Source: Candidatus Bathyarchaeota archaeon | Lineage (GTDB): Archaea > Thermoproteota > Bathyarchaeia > Bathyarchaeales > Bathycorpusculaceae | Length of the DNA: 64,000 nucleotides | Assembly: GCA_963832745.1 (NCBI GenBank) | Contig: CAWHVC010000003.1 | Span: 672,001 to 736,000 of the forward strand | Direction of reading: 5' to 3' | In this document: positions 47,964 through 57,591 of the stretch, in pieces | Layout: each line of letters opens with the position of its first letter | How positions within the stretch are numbered: the first letter of the stretch is position 1 | Made by a program: the position numbers and the translations under genes | The notes under the pieces: model-generated | What the model saw: the letters and a program-made list of their open reading frames with translations, nothing else | The model's database searches: none | What the model was told of the DNA's origin: nothing

Positions 47964-48147
47964 ACTCTAAAAATAATTTATTGCTCGAGCGTTTTTTATC
48001 ATGTTTTTAAATCAAATTGCATTTTTCCGGCTTTTTTGGCATACAGATTCACTACTTGTACAATACTTCTGTTACACACAAACAATCATAATCCAAAATC
48101 CAGACCTAAAGAATCAATCAAACAATGGAAAAGGGATTTGGATAGAA

Positions 48148-48979
48148 ATGAAGCTAAACACGTCATTAAGGAAGTTTTGGCGCTCAACAAAAGCGTTGGC
48201 GATTCCAATGACGTTTCTGATTCTTGCTTGTTTCCATGTTATGCATGATCTCAGTAACTTACTATTTTGCGGTAGAAAAAGTAAACAGCCGTGCTTCAAT
48301 ACTAAAAGTTTCCATAGCCAAAGAAGAAATGCTAACGTTTAGCCAGGACACTGTTCCGATTCTTTGGCAGCCTGGCTCAGCATGCACTTTTGAATTCAGC
48401 GATTCAGGCGGAAAACTCAACGTTCAACCCAACAATAACACCTTGACAGTAAACGTTTCAGGCCAAAGCATTTCCAGTGTCCTTTTTAACGAAACAGTGG
48501 GGCAAGTAACTTACGAGTTGCCTTATTCTGGATCAGCGGAAACAGATGTTTACCTTAAAGGCGACAGCCGATCAATTACTAATCAAAGCGGTTCAGTCTT
48601 AACACAATTGAGCATTGCAAACGGTGAAGACCATCCCGAAATTCAGTTACGGTACCGACCAACCGTATTCATACGTGACTGCTAGGTTTAGAGGACGGTA
48701 AAACAGTCAACAATATCCGAGTCTATATAGTTAACTTGAATGCTTCACAAGAATTTGGTTTGTATGGTAAACTACCCATAAAAGCCTCCTGCCTTAACAC
48801 CCAAATATCCACAACCACATACACCGTCACTTCCGCAGTTCAAGCCCTAACTTTTAGTGCAACATTAAACGGAATTACTGGCCAAGTCAACATCCCCATA
48901 GAAACACACCGCCTCAGGCGCTGTCATCAACATACAACTGGTGCAGTCAAGCATTCAAATCGCGAGGTGCCTACTTTAA
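48148..48979 (+). pseudogene. Minor pilin-like protein (about three indels; probably an intact gene)
   Basis: MKLNTSLRKFWRSTKA|LAIPMTFLIL class III-like leader joins track fragments 48224-48685 and 48736-48993, ending ...IQIARCLL-stop at 48979. Confidence 0.65.
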
Positions 48980-48980
48980 A

Positions 48981-49427
48981 GTGCCCTCTATAGTGCCATC
49001 CTACATTTACGTACTTTTTGCTTCAATCATCGTGGGAACCATAATAATCGGTGTATGCGGCGTTTCAACATTGGAAATAAAAAACAACGCTGACAAACAG
49101 CAATTATCAAACTTAGCCGATTATGTAACAGCACAAAGCAACATGCTTATTCTGCAAGCAACCAGAGACACAGCAAACTCTACAGTTTATCTTAACTTGC
49201 CCTCAACAATTGGAAACCAAAAATATTGGATCCAAATAGAAAACGACACCTCAAAAGCTTGGGTAACCGCAGGTTTTGGTTCAATTCAAACTAGCAGTCA
49301 ACAGCGAACTTACCTTCCTGTAGATGTTTCTGGTTCAGGCGTTTACACGAGTTATTCAGGAATTGCAGTTTTGAAATGTGAAACTGACGGTTCAAAAGTG
49401 ACTTTATCGATTAATGGAGAAAACTAG
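48981..49427 (+). CDS. Pilus accessory / minor pilin-like protein
   Basis: N-terminal TM helix, QQLSNLADYV...LNLPSTIGNQKYWIQI; directly upstream of the assembly ATPase. Confidence 0.6.
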   Translation: MPSIVPSYIYVLFASIIVGTIIIGVCGVSTLEIKNNADKQQLSNLADYVTAQSNMLILQATRDTANSTVYLNLPSTIGNQKYWIQIENDTSKAWVTAGFGSIQTSSQQRTYLPVDVSGSGVYTSYSGIAVLKCETDGSKVTLSINGEN

Positions 49428-49428
49428 A

Positions 49429-51009
49429 ATGCCGTTTGGAAAAAAGAAGAATGAAATAGAGGAAGTAAAAGAGAAAATTTCAAGCGAAGACTTAATCGGC
49501 TATTTAGGCATCCAAGGCTGCCGTGTACCTGAAGGGTACGTTCAAATAGAAAGTTACCCCCTTAAACCGCCTTTTTCGTACGCTTGGATTTTCCAGGATG
49601 AATCTGAAGGCAGCTACTTCTACGTTGTTGACGAGTTATCCTTGTCAAAAACTGAACGTGAATGCTACAAACGGTTAAAGAACATTTTAGAATACGAACT
49701 CAAGGCTCCACGGATTGATGAAACGCTTGAAGCATCTTTCCGCAGACAACTTCCCAGTATAATAGAAGACCACAGTACCGTGCTCGCTGACACTGACAGT
49801 GTAGGCATAAAAAAAATCAACTATTTTCTTGAACGTGACCTGATTGGTTACGGCAAAATTGACGGTTTAATCAACGACCCCTTCATTGAAGATATCAGCT
49901 GTTTAGGTGTAAACAAGCCCGTCTACTTGTGGCACCGCAAATACGAAAGCGCCAAAACCAACGTAATGTACACTGACGAAGAAGAACTCGACGATTTCAT
50001 AACAAGAATAGTGCACCGCCAAGGAAAACACGTCAGCATCGCAAGACCAATCGTAGACATTACATTGCCCGGTAAACACCGTCTTGCAGTAGCGTTTGGA
50101 AAAGAAACTACTCCCGCAGGAACAAGCTTTACCATCAGAAAATTCCGAGACGACCCAATCACAATCGTTGACCTAATCATGAATGAAACAATCGACGAAA
50201 ACATAGGCGCATACCTTTGGCTGCTTATGGAAAACAAAATGTCCATGATGATTGTGGGTCCCACGGGCGCTGGAAAAACAACTGCATTAAACGCGATTGC
50301 CTGCCTGGTTAAACCGGACTTCAAAATCATCTCGGTTGAAGAGGTTTCAGAAATTAATTTGCCTCAAGAAAACTGGGTTTCCACAATTGCCCGTCCCGGT
50401 TTTGGAGGCGACAGCGAAGGCGAAGTAACCCTTTATGACCTTATCAAGTCGGCTGTGCGGCATCGTCCATCACTTATTGTTGTAGGCGAAATTAGAGGTG
50501 AAGAAGCATACGTGCTTTTCCAGGCCTTAGCAACGGGTCACGGTGGTTTATGTACCACTCACGCTGAGGATGTTGAAACTGTCGTTCAGCGTCTTACCCA
50601 GCCTCCGATGAACATTCCTCAAGGTATCTTGCCGTTAATGAACTGCGTCATCGTCGTTAAACAGGTGAAAACGCCAAACTACATTGCTCTTGACCGAAAA
50701 ATCACTGCAAGAAAATTTGTCCGCATTTCAGAAATCAATCAAAGTGGTGGTATCGTTGACTCCTTCAATTGGAACGCTAACACTGACACTTTCCAACAAA
50801 ATATTGACGAAAGCTATCTGCTAAATAAAATCGCAAAACACCTTGATGTACCATTTAGCGTAGTCCTTCAAGAGCTGGAACGAAGAAAACAGATACTTCT
50901 GAAAATGGTTGAAAAGAACCTTCGAGACTTCAAGAGTGTTCACCGGGCATTAAGCAGCGAAATTAACCTTCCAGATACTGAAGTTGCAGAAAAAGCTAGG
51001 GAGCATTAA
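49429..51009 (+). CDS. Type IV pilus / type II-IV secretion assembly ATPase (PilB/VirB11/ArlI superfamily)
   Basis: IEDISC, FTIRKF, GPTGAGKTT, IVVGEIRGEEA, ATGHGGLCTTHA. Confidence 0.93.
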   Translation: MPFGKKKNEIEEVKEKISSEDLIGYLGIQGCRVPEGYVQIESYPLKPPFSYAWIFQDESEGSYFYVVDELSLSKTERECYKRLKNILEYELKAPRIDETLEASFRRQLPSIIEDHSTVLADTDSVGIKKINYFLERDLIGYGKIDGLINDPFIEDISCLGVNKPVYLWHRKYESAKTNVMYTDEEELDDFITRIVHRQGKHVSIARPIVDITLPGKHRLAVAFGKETTPAGTSFTIRKFRDDPITIVDLIMNETIDENIGAYLWLLMENKMSMMIVGPTGAGKTTALNAIACLVKPDFKIISVEEVSEINLPQENWVSTIARPGFGGDSEGEVTLYDLIKSAVRHRPSLIVVGEIRGEEAYVLFQALATGHGGLCTTHAEDVETVVQRLTQPPMNIPQGILPLMNCVIVVKQVKTPNYIALDRKITARKFVRISEINQSGGIVDSFNWNANTDTFQQNIDESYLLNKIAKHLDVPFSVVLQELERRKQILLKMVEKNLRDFKSVHRALSSEINLPDTEVAEKAREH

Positions 51010-51014
51010 ACTGC

Positions 51015-52557
51015 ATGACCAAAGCTCCCCCAACCGGCGCATTCGGCAAATTAATTGCAAAACTAAGTAAAGCAACAAGTGAAGAGAAAGAAAACATTGA
51101 ACACGAACTACCCTTCGTGGTAATGATTTTCACTTTGTTAGCTGCCAGCGGAGTATCACCTTACGACAGCTGGAAAAAACTGCGCAAACTATCCTTTTTG
51201 CCTACTTTTAAAAAGGAAGCAGATGAGATAGTTCGGCAGGTTGAGGTTTTAGGGAAAGACCCCCTGACCGTTATGCGTTTGCGTGGGGAATATACAGAAT
51301 CGAAGCTTTATCGCAACTTTTTGGGCGGTTTTGTTTCTTCAGTGCGTAGCGGCGGCAGAATGGTTGATTACTTAAAAAGCGAGTTAAAAACAATTTTTGA
51401 GCTTCGCCATGGAGAAATTACTCGTTCGGTTGAAAAGATAGCTACGCTTGTTGAGGCTTACACTGTCATGTTGATTGTGGTGCTTTGCGTTTACATCCTC
51501 TTTGTGGTGTTTCTCTTCAACAAACACTTTAGACTTGATGGGAGGTATGGCACTTCCCAAATCAGACATCATGACGTATCTTATTGCATTCGTGTTCATG
51601 CCAGTACTTTCAGGCATATTCATCCTCATAGCACATAACATGCAGAAAAGCGCTTTCAGCGACTTAAAAGACCTCTACAAGAAAGCAGTAATCATCCTAG
51701 CCGCTGCTTCAGCTGCACTGCTGGTTTTCGCCTTTATTCCCAACTTAACTGACGCAATCAAGCCAGCTGGTTTGCCTGAAGTAGTCACGATTGGCTTAGT
51801 TGTTGCCTCCGCTATACCTGCAATTCAATACCGAAGAATCGCCACCGTCAACTATAACGCTGAAGACGCCATTCCCTACTTCATACGCGACATCACTGAA
51901 TCGCACAAAATCGGGCTTTCACCAGAAAAAAGCATTATCCAAGCAACCAAACGCAAAAGCTACGGGCACTTCTCTAAGTATCTTGAACTTATGCGTAGCC
52001 AAATCGAATGGGGAGTACCCATCCGCAAAACCTTTGCTAACATTCGCAAAGAAATCCGAAGCTGGTTTGTAACTGTAAACTTTGCAATGATGATTGAAAC
52101 AATCGAAATCGGTGGTAACTCAACCGAATCCTTGGAGATTCTTGCTGAGTATAGCGAAAAAGAACGTGAACAACAAATTAACAAACGTGGCCTGTTAAAG
52201 CCATACATTTTCTTAGCTTTAATCTGGAGTGTACTTATCGCTGTCACTACAGTCATTGTTTCTTTAACTACCACAATGATGACTGGTGTAGTCAGCGATA
52301 GCCTCTCAAGTGTAGCAACATATGCAATGCAAGAAAACCTACGCATCTTCTCTGTTGGCATCATACTGCAATGCTGGATTTCTGGCTTTTTCATTGGAAA
52401 AATCAGTGAAGGAAACTTCGGCGCTGGCTTCCAATACTCTGCAATACTTGCCCTAACCGCTTATGTGTCACTAGTGCTGTCTCAAATGCTGCTCGGTGGA
52501 ATGTTCGGTTTCGTTCCCTCAGGCGCCCTTAACCCTTCTGGAGGAGGCATAACATAA
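51015..52557 (+). CDS. Pilus platform membrane protein (TadC/PilC/ArlJ-like, two T2SSF domains), one apparent +1 frameshift near 51512
   Basis: Track fragments 51015-51638 and 51475-52557 join at TTTGTGGTGTTTCTCTTCA; ELPFVV...ASG, IPYFIRDI...GLS, GFFIGKISEG. Confidence 0.85.
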
Positions 52558-52560
52558 AAA

Positions 52561-53595
52561 GTGCCTACAACCGCAATTGATGGCTTCTTTGCCTGTACCC
52601 TCCTTGTCACGGTAACTCTCATAGTGATTGCTTCATTTGCAGGGGTAATGCAGACAAACCTTGAAGTCCTACAAGGAGTAAACGACCAGAATTACCTCAA
52701 AACAACCGCTGAACGTTTGGTTTGTAGTGTAGGTTCTCCTGTGAATTGGGGCTCAACTAGTGTGGTACCTGATAGTTTTGGTTTAGCCAAACAAGGTGGA
52801 ATCGCTTACGAGTTAGATATCGACAAAGTTTGCAGGTTAAACAGTCAATGCAGCAGTACATTGTTGTTAGACGATGCTTCAAAAGCCGCAAGGCTCTACG
52901 ATTTAGCCTTTGGAATAACCATCACTCAGATGCTTACAATAAATATTAAGCCAATAGGCAACACAACAACTGAAAACGTAACAACCTATAACTTCCAAGT
53001 TTTCACAGCAGCAAACCTTGAACCCACACCCGCAAACCTGCAATGCTACATTATTCAAACAAACCAGGTGAGTAGCGTTTCAACCTCAACTTCAAGCAGT
53101 GGCATAGGCGCCTTTAGTTTTGAGTTGCCCGACTCAGAATCGGGACCAGTTCTACTTGCAGTATTTGCCAAAGCAAACATTGACGAACGTTTAACCGCTT
53201 ATCAAACCTACAGTTTTTCCCACATTTCAGGTGAAGAGGCAAACCAGCAGGTTCTATCTCTAAGTCCTCTAAATAACCAATTAACCATTAACATAAACCA
53301 GCCAGAAACAACCATAAACAAAGTCTACGCCTTCTCCTTTAGTTATCAATCACAACTTACCCAAAACTCTAACGGCACTTACATAATACCAAAATACCTA
53401 GACAAAAGTCCAATAATGCTTGTTGCAGCAGGCCAAAGTCAAAGCGTTGGCTTCCTGGAATTTACTAGTTATCCAACTGTGCCTTTGACTTTCGGTTCAA
53501 ACTTTGCCAATACGGATCAGAACGCATTCATTTACACTGTAACAATTAATGATGTTCTTTACAAGTTAACCATAACTCTTGGAGGTATCACATGA
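52561..53595 (+). CDS. Pilus accessory / minor pilin-like protein
   Basis: N-terminal IDGFFACTLLV TM helix, AERLV...GSPVNWG...FGLA pattern; within the pilus operon. Confidence 0.6.
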   Translation: MPTTAIDGFFACTLLVTVTLIVIASFAGVMQTNLEVLQGVNDQNYLKTTAERLVCSVGSPVNWGSTSVVPDSFGLAKQGGIAYELDIDKVCRLNSQCSSTLLLDDASKAARLYDLAFGITITQMLTINIKPIGNTTTENVTTYNFQVFTAANLEPTPANLQCYIIQTNQVSSVSTSTSSSGIGAFSFELPDSESGPVLLAVFAKANIDERLTAYQTYSFSHISGEEANQQVLSLSPLNNQLTININQPETTINKVYAFSFSYQSQLTQNSNGTYIIPKYLDKSPIMLVAAGQSQSVGFLEFTSYPTVPLTFGSNFANTDQNAFIYTVTINDVLYKLTITLGGIT

Positions 53596-54020
53596 TTAGG
53601 CTGCTTAAAGATAAACGTGGGCAAGTTCGAATAATTGAAGCTTTTTTTGCCGCGATATTGCTGCTTTCCATTTTTGCGATGATTCCTAAACCGCAAAGCA
53701 GTCAAAACGACATAGCTCCCTCCTTAACATCGATAACTCAAAATGCCCTGCTAAGCTTAGACCAAGATGGGCAAATAGGTAACTTAATTAAAAATCAAAA
53801 CTGGAATGAACTAAAAATGCTTATCCAGACAAGCTTGCCTGCTGGTGCATGGTTTAACCTGACTGTTTACGACAAAAACATGAAGGTTCTTAATGATGTG
53901 CCGATCTGTAATGGCAGCCCCGTAAGTGACAGCATAGTTGCCGCAGACTACCCTTGTGCATGTGTCAGTGGAGATTTTTCAGTTTATCTTGTTAGACTTC
54001 AAGTGGCGGTGGCAGATTAA
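53592..54020 (+). CDS. Minor pilin-like protein with class III signal peptide
   Basis: DKRG|QVRIIEAFFAAILLL. Confidence 0.72.
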   Translation: MIRLLKDKRGQVRIIEAFFAAILLLSIFAMIPKPQSSQNDIAPSLTSITQNALLSLDQDGQIGNLIKNQNWNELKMLIQTSLPAGAWFNLTVYDKNMKVLNDVPICNGSPVSDSIVAADYPCACVSGDFSVYLVRLQVAVAD

Positions 54021-54022
54021 AT

Positions 54023-54790
54023 ATGACAAAAAGAAGCCGGGCCAATCAGGGGCAAGTGCTTATTGTCGCCGCCTTAGTAATCGCTATTATGCTGTTATCC
54101 ACAGCGCTTTACATTGCAGACACCCAGAAAACACAGTTGAAAGCTCAAACAGAAACAGGCTTAAGTCTGCCTTTTTACAAGCAGGGTATACAGCACACAA
54201 TGATCAGTGCGCTTGCAAACATTTCAAACGGTGGGAACATTGAAATTCTGCAAAGCGACATAAACAGTTTCAACACTTTTGTTAGCGAGCAATCATTTGG
54301 GGCATTCTTCACTTCTACAGTAACATTGCAGGATTCCGGGGCTTACAATAATGGTGTCTGGTTATCTCAAAACTCAAGTGGCACCTCAATCGTAAGCGCA
54401 TATGCAGACTTAACCGTGGATTCTTCGGGAACTAAAGAGAAAATCCAATCAGCCTTCACGGTAAATGTAACTTCAATGATTCAAACCCAAGGCGTCTACA
54501 GCCAAGGTAACAGTTCAAAACAGGTACAGTTAACCTGCAAAGTCTTCAATGAGGGGCAACCTGCGTTGGCAAGAAACTTTAGCGTCAGAATCGAAAACGA
54601 CGGTTCTCTTGAGTCAGAAAACTGGACAACTATTGAAACACCATTCATCACTGATTATGGAGATGGAACATACGCAATCGCCTTTAACGCCATAACCGAT
54701 CAACCTGAAAATCCATTGTTGATATGGTTAAGTTGTCAGGACCAACGAGAGATAACACTGCAAACCATAGTCGAACCAGTGATGCAATAG
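54023..54790 (+). CDS. Minor pilin-like protein with class III-like signal peptide
   Basis: NQG|QVLIVAALVIAIMLL. Confidence 0.65.
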   Translation: MTKRSRANQGQVLIVAALVIAIMLLSTALYIADTQKTQLKAQTETGLSLPFYKQGIQHTMISALANISNGGNIEILQSDINSFNTFVSEQSFGAFFTSTVTLQDSGAYNNGVWLSQNSSGTSIVSAYADLTVDSSGTKEKIQSAFTVNVTSMIQTQGVYSQGNSSKQVQLTCKVFNEGQPALARNFSVRIENDGSLESENWTTIETPFITDYGDGTYAIAFNAITDQPENPLLIWLSCQDQREITLQTIVEPVMQ

Positions 54791-54902
54791 TTTTTCTTGA
54801 AAAGTGCATTGAAAGGTAATTTCAAATCACTATTTTCAGCCTTAATTGTCATTTCATAAGTGCTAAATTAAATGTCAACCAAAAAATAATGTGGGATGAG
54901 TA

Positions 54903-55064
54903 ATGGAGAACAAACCAAACATTCCATGTGCATTATGTAACCTTTGGGATTCAAACAAAAAATCCTTCTCATGCAACCCAAACAAGTGCCTACGGCTATC
55001 AGGCTGGCTGGAAAAACACGCTTCCCTAAAAAGTAACGAGCAAAGCCTACAATACATCGTATAA
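54903..55064 (+). CDS. Small Cys-rich protein (53 aa; CxxC-x11-C-x4-C)
   Basis: Hand translation MENKPNIPCALCNLWDSNKKSFSCNPNKCLRLSGWLEKHASLKSNEQSLQYIV; purine-rich GGGATGAG upstream; fills the gap on the operon strand. Confidence 0.5.
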   Translation: MENKPNIPCALCNLWDSNKKSFSCNPNKCLRLSGWLEKHASLKSNEQSLQYIV

Positions 55065-55163
55065 AGCAGTGTTGTCTCTCCAGTTTTTTACACAACGATA
55101 AATATCCAACCAACCAACTGATTAGTAATCTAAAGCCAACCAAAACTGCAGAAGAGACCAAAA

Positions 55164-56489
55164 ATGAAGTACCAAGCCCTAACAACCGCGTTAATCCTTG
55201 TCATACTTTTCTCCTTATGTTCCCTGCAAAACCCTGCAGGGGCAGCAGACGACAACGTTGCAATAGGCGGCAGTTTGGTTTGGGAGAAAACCTTCGGCGG
55301 CACCTCAGATGACCGAGCCTTTTACGCTTCGGCAACCGACGGCGGCGTGTTGGTTGTTGGCTCAACCCGTTCAATAATTGTAGACCAGACTGTAGCTTGG
55401 GTCTTAAAACTTGATGATGAAGGTAACCTGTTATGGAACAAAACTTACCCAGCAGGCAAAGGCAGCGAATTCCGTTACATCATTAATTTGCAAGATGGCT
55501 TCTTACTGGTTGGCAACATGTTTCCTGTAGCAGCTGACCCTAACGGTTTCGTAGTAAAAATCGATAGCCAGGGAAACACCCAATGGAACATCACATTAAG
55601 TTCAGAAAAGATTAGCCGAATATTTGGGGCAGCCAAAGCCGCGGACGGTTTTGTGTTTGCAGGTTTAACTCAAACTTCAGACAATGCCCTCACAAACGTT
55701 TGGCTCATAAAAATCAACGAAAACGGTAACATAATTTGGAATAAAACCTTCAACACCTCTAATGATGACGCTGCGCGTTCAATAGCTACACAAGACGGAT
55801 ACACTTTTTTCGTAGCAGGCTACACTGACGCTTTGGGAGATGGAAACTTTGACTTTCTCCTCCTTAAAGTAGACAGCAACGGCAATTTACTGGGAAACCA
55901 AACTTACGGCGGCGCTGAAAGCGACAAAGCATACGCCATAACTCCTGCCGTTGATGGATTCGTGGTTGCAGGTGATACCCGCTCGGAAGGAGCAGGCGAT
56001 AGTGACGCATTACTAATTAAAATTAACCAAGACCTTCAACAACAATGGAGCCGAACCTTTGGCGGCAGCGGTTTTGACAGCCCCACATACATCAAAGCCT
56101 TAACCGACGGCTCTGGGTTTGTAGTCTGCGGTGTAACCTTTTCTTTCGGTAATGGTCTACGCGATTTCTGGCTGTTTACCGTTGATAACTCAGGTAATCA
56201 ACTGGCAAGTTGTACGGTAGGCAGAAGCGGCTATGAGGAATCTTACGCTGCAGTTGAAGTTTCTTATGACAACTTTGTGGTTGCAGGCTGGGTAAGCCAA
56301 ACTGGTCAAGGCTTGCCTTACGATTTTTACGTTGTAAACGTTGAAGTAATAAATAGCGTTCAATGGTGGCAAACCAGCATCGGAGTTGCAGCGATCTTAA
56401 GCGTTTTAGCTGTTTTGGCGGCGGGTTTGCTATTGTTGAATTGGCGCTTTAGTCAAAAAAGGAAAGAGACAAAGATAAGTGGATGTTAG
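55164..56489 (+). CDS. Secreted beta-propeller-like repeat surface protein with C-terminal TM anchor
   Basis: Signal peptide; about seven repeats of W(E/N)KT(F/Y)GG...D...G(F/V)xxxG...WLxKxDxxG; TM + KRK tail. Confidence 0.75.
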   Translation: MKYQALTTALILVILFSLCSLQNPAGAADDNVAIGGSLVWEKTFGGTSDDRAFYASATDGGVLVVGSTRSIIVDQTVAWVLKLDDEGNLLWNKTYPAGKGSEFRYIINLQDGFLLVGNMFPVAADPNGFVVKIDSQGNTQWNITLSSEKISRIFGAAKAADGFVFAGLTQTSDNALTNVWLIKINENGNIIWNKTFNTSNDDAARSIATQDGYTFFVAGYTDALGDGNFDFLLLKVDSNGNLLGNQTYGGAESDKAYAITPAVDGFVVAGDTRSEGAGDSDALLIKINQDLQQQWSRTFGGSGFDSPTYIKALTDGSGFVVCGVTFSFGNGLRDFWLFTVDNSGNQLASCTVGRSGYEESYAAVEVSYDNFVVAGWVSQTGQGLPYDFYVVNVEVINSVQWWQTSIGVAAILSVLAVLAAGLLLLNWRFSQKRKETKISGC

Positions 56490-56535
56490 ACAGGTAGTGT
56501 TTGCTTGGTTTTACTTTAACCTGTGTCTTCATTGC

Positions 56536-57436
56536 TTATTGGCTTCCTGTTTCTTGCAGTTTTGAAAACAGCATCTGCAGTGTCCAAACGAAAGCGTTGT
56601 AGTTGGTCCAAATCGCGCTGGTTTTGTCTTTCTTTTTGTCGCCTGTCTCCGTTGACGTGTCGCTTTCGTGGAAGGCAATAAGTAGTTCGCGTCTGTCTGA
56701 AATCATGAAGCATGGCAAGTTTTCGGTGTGTACTGTTTGACATTTTTGTGCTGGCCACTCCATTTGTTCGATGAAGAAGGCTGCTTTTGCTGAATCCTCA
56801 GTTAGTAGGTTAATGTTTATGGTGCCAAGTTTTTCTCGCAGTGCCTCGGTGAAGTCACTGTAGTAGAGTTGTGACAGATAATCGTCGGGTACGAAGATTT
56901 GGAATTCACTGTTTGTTTTTTCAAGTAATTCTTCGGCTTTGAGTATTACTTGTTGTTCGCCTTGGAGCATTTGGAAGAGTTCTTTTTTGATGGCTTCTGC
57001 CTTGTGTTGGGGTAGTGACATCCACATTTCGACTAGGCTTTCTTTTTCTTTTTCAAGTTGGCGTATCTTCATTTTTTGTGCGTCAACTAGAGAGGTCGAT
57101 TGCTTTGTCTAATGGTACAGCGGTGAATTTGAGTGGCTTCTCGAAAACGGAGAAGAGTATACCTTTCTTTTCTAGGTCGCGTAGGATGCGGTATGTTTCT
57201 GTGCGGTGTAGCGCGATTGCTTCAGCTATTTCGCCGGCTTTCTTTTCGCCTGCTCTTGCTAGGTAGAGGTAAACTTTGATTTCGTTTTTTAGCAGTCCGA
57301 ACCTTGCGAGTGTTTCCTCGATGGTTGAAATCTGCTTTGTGAAGCCTTTGTCTCGTTTGACGAGTTTTAACGTATCATCTTCGTTGTGGATTTTTACTAT
57401 TGTTGGTGTTTTTTCGAATGCTAATTCCATGTTCAT
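56536..57436 (-). CDS. TrmB-family wHTH transcriptional regulator, one apparent +1 frameshift near 57090
   Basis: FGLLKNEIKVYLYL...AGEIAEAIALHRTETYRILRDLEKKG...PLKFTAVP joins MKIRQLE...PCFMISDRRELL...AIWTN after removing one base in GACCTCTCTAGTT. Confidence 0.85.
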
Positions 57437-57591
57437 CTTCCACTTCTAAATCCGAATATGCTACTGATGTTGATTCTTTATATATAATATAATTACGACC
57501 TAACAATCTGAATCCAGAATTCATATTGACAAAACAAGCTTCCAAACAACCCAAAAACAGAACAAAAACTCGAAAAACCTAAAAAAGAGAG

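Noticed and set aside
45700-47970. Regularly spaced repeats as a CRISPR array or DGR template/variable repeat
   Set aside because: Repeats are ~770-bp paralogous genes; no short repeat-spacer periodicity, no reverse transcriptase and no evident adenine-specific mismatch pattern.
45034-52557. Calling the filament locus an archaellum (arlB/arlI/arlJ)
   Set aside because: Pilin N-termini lack the archaellin pattern, no arlF/G/H is seen, and the minor pilin set fits a type IV pilus.
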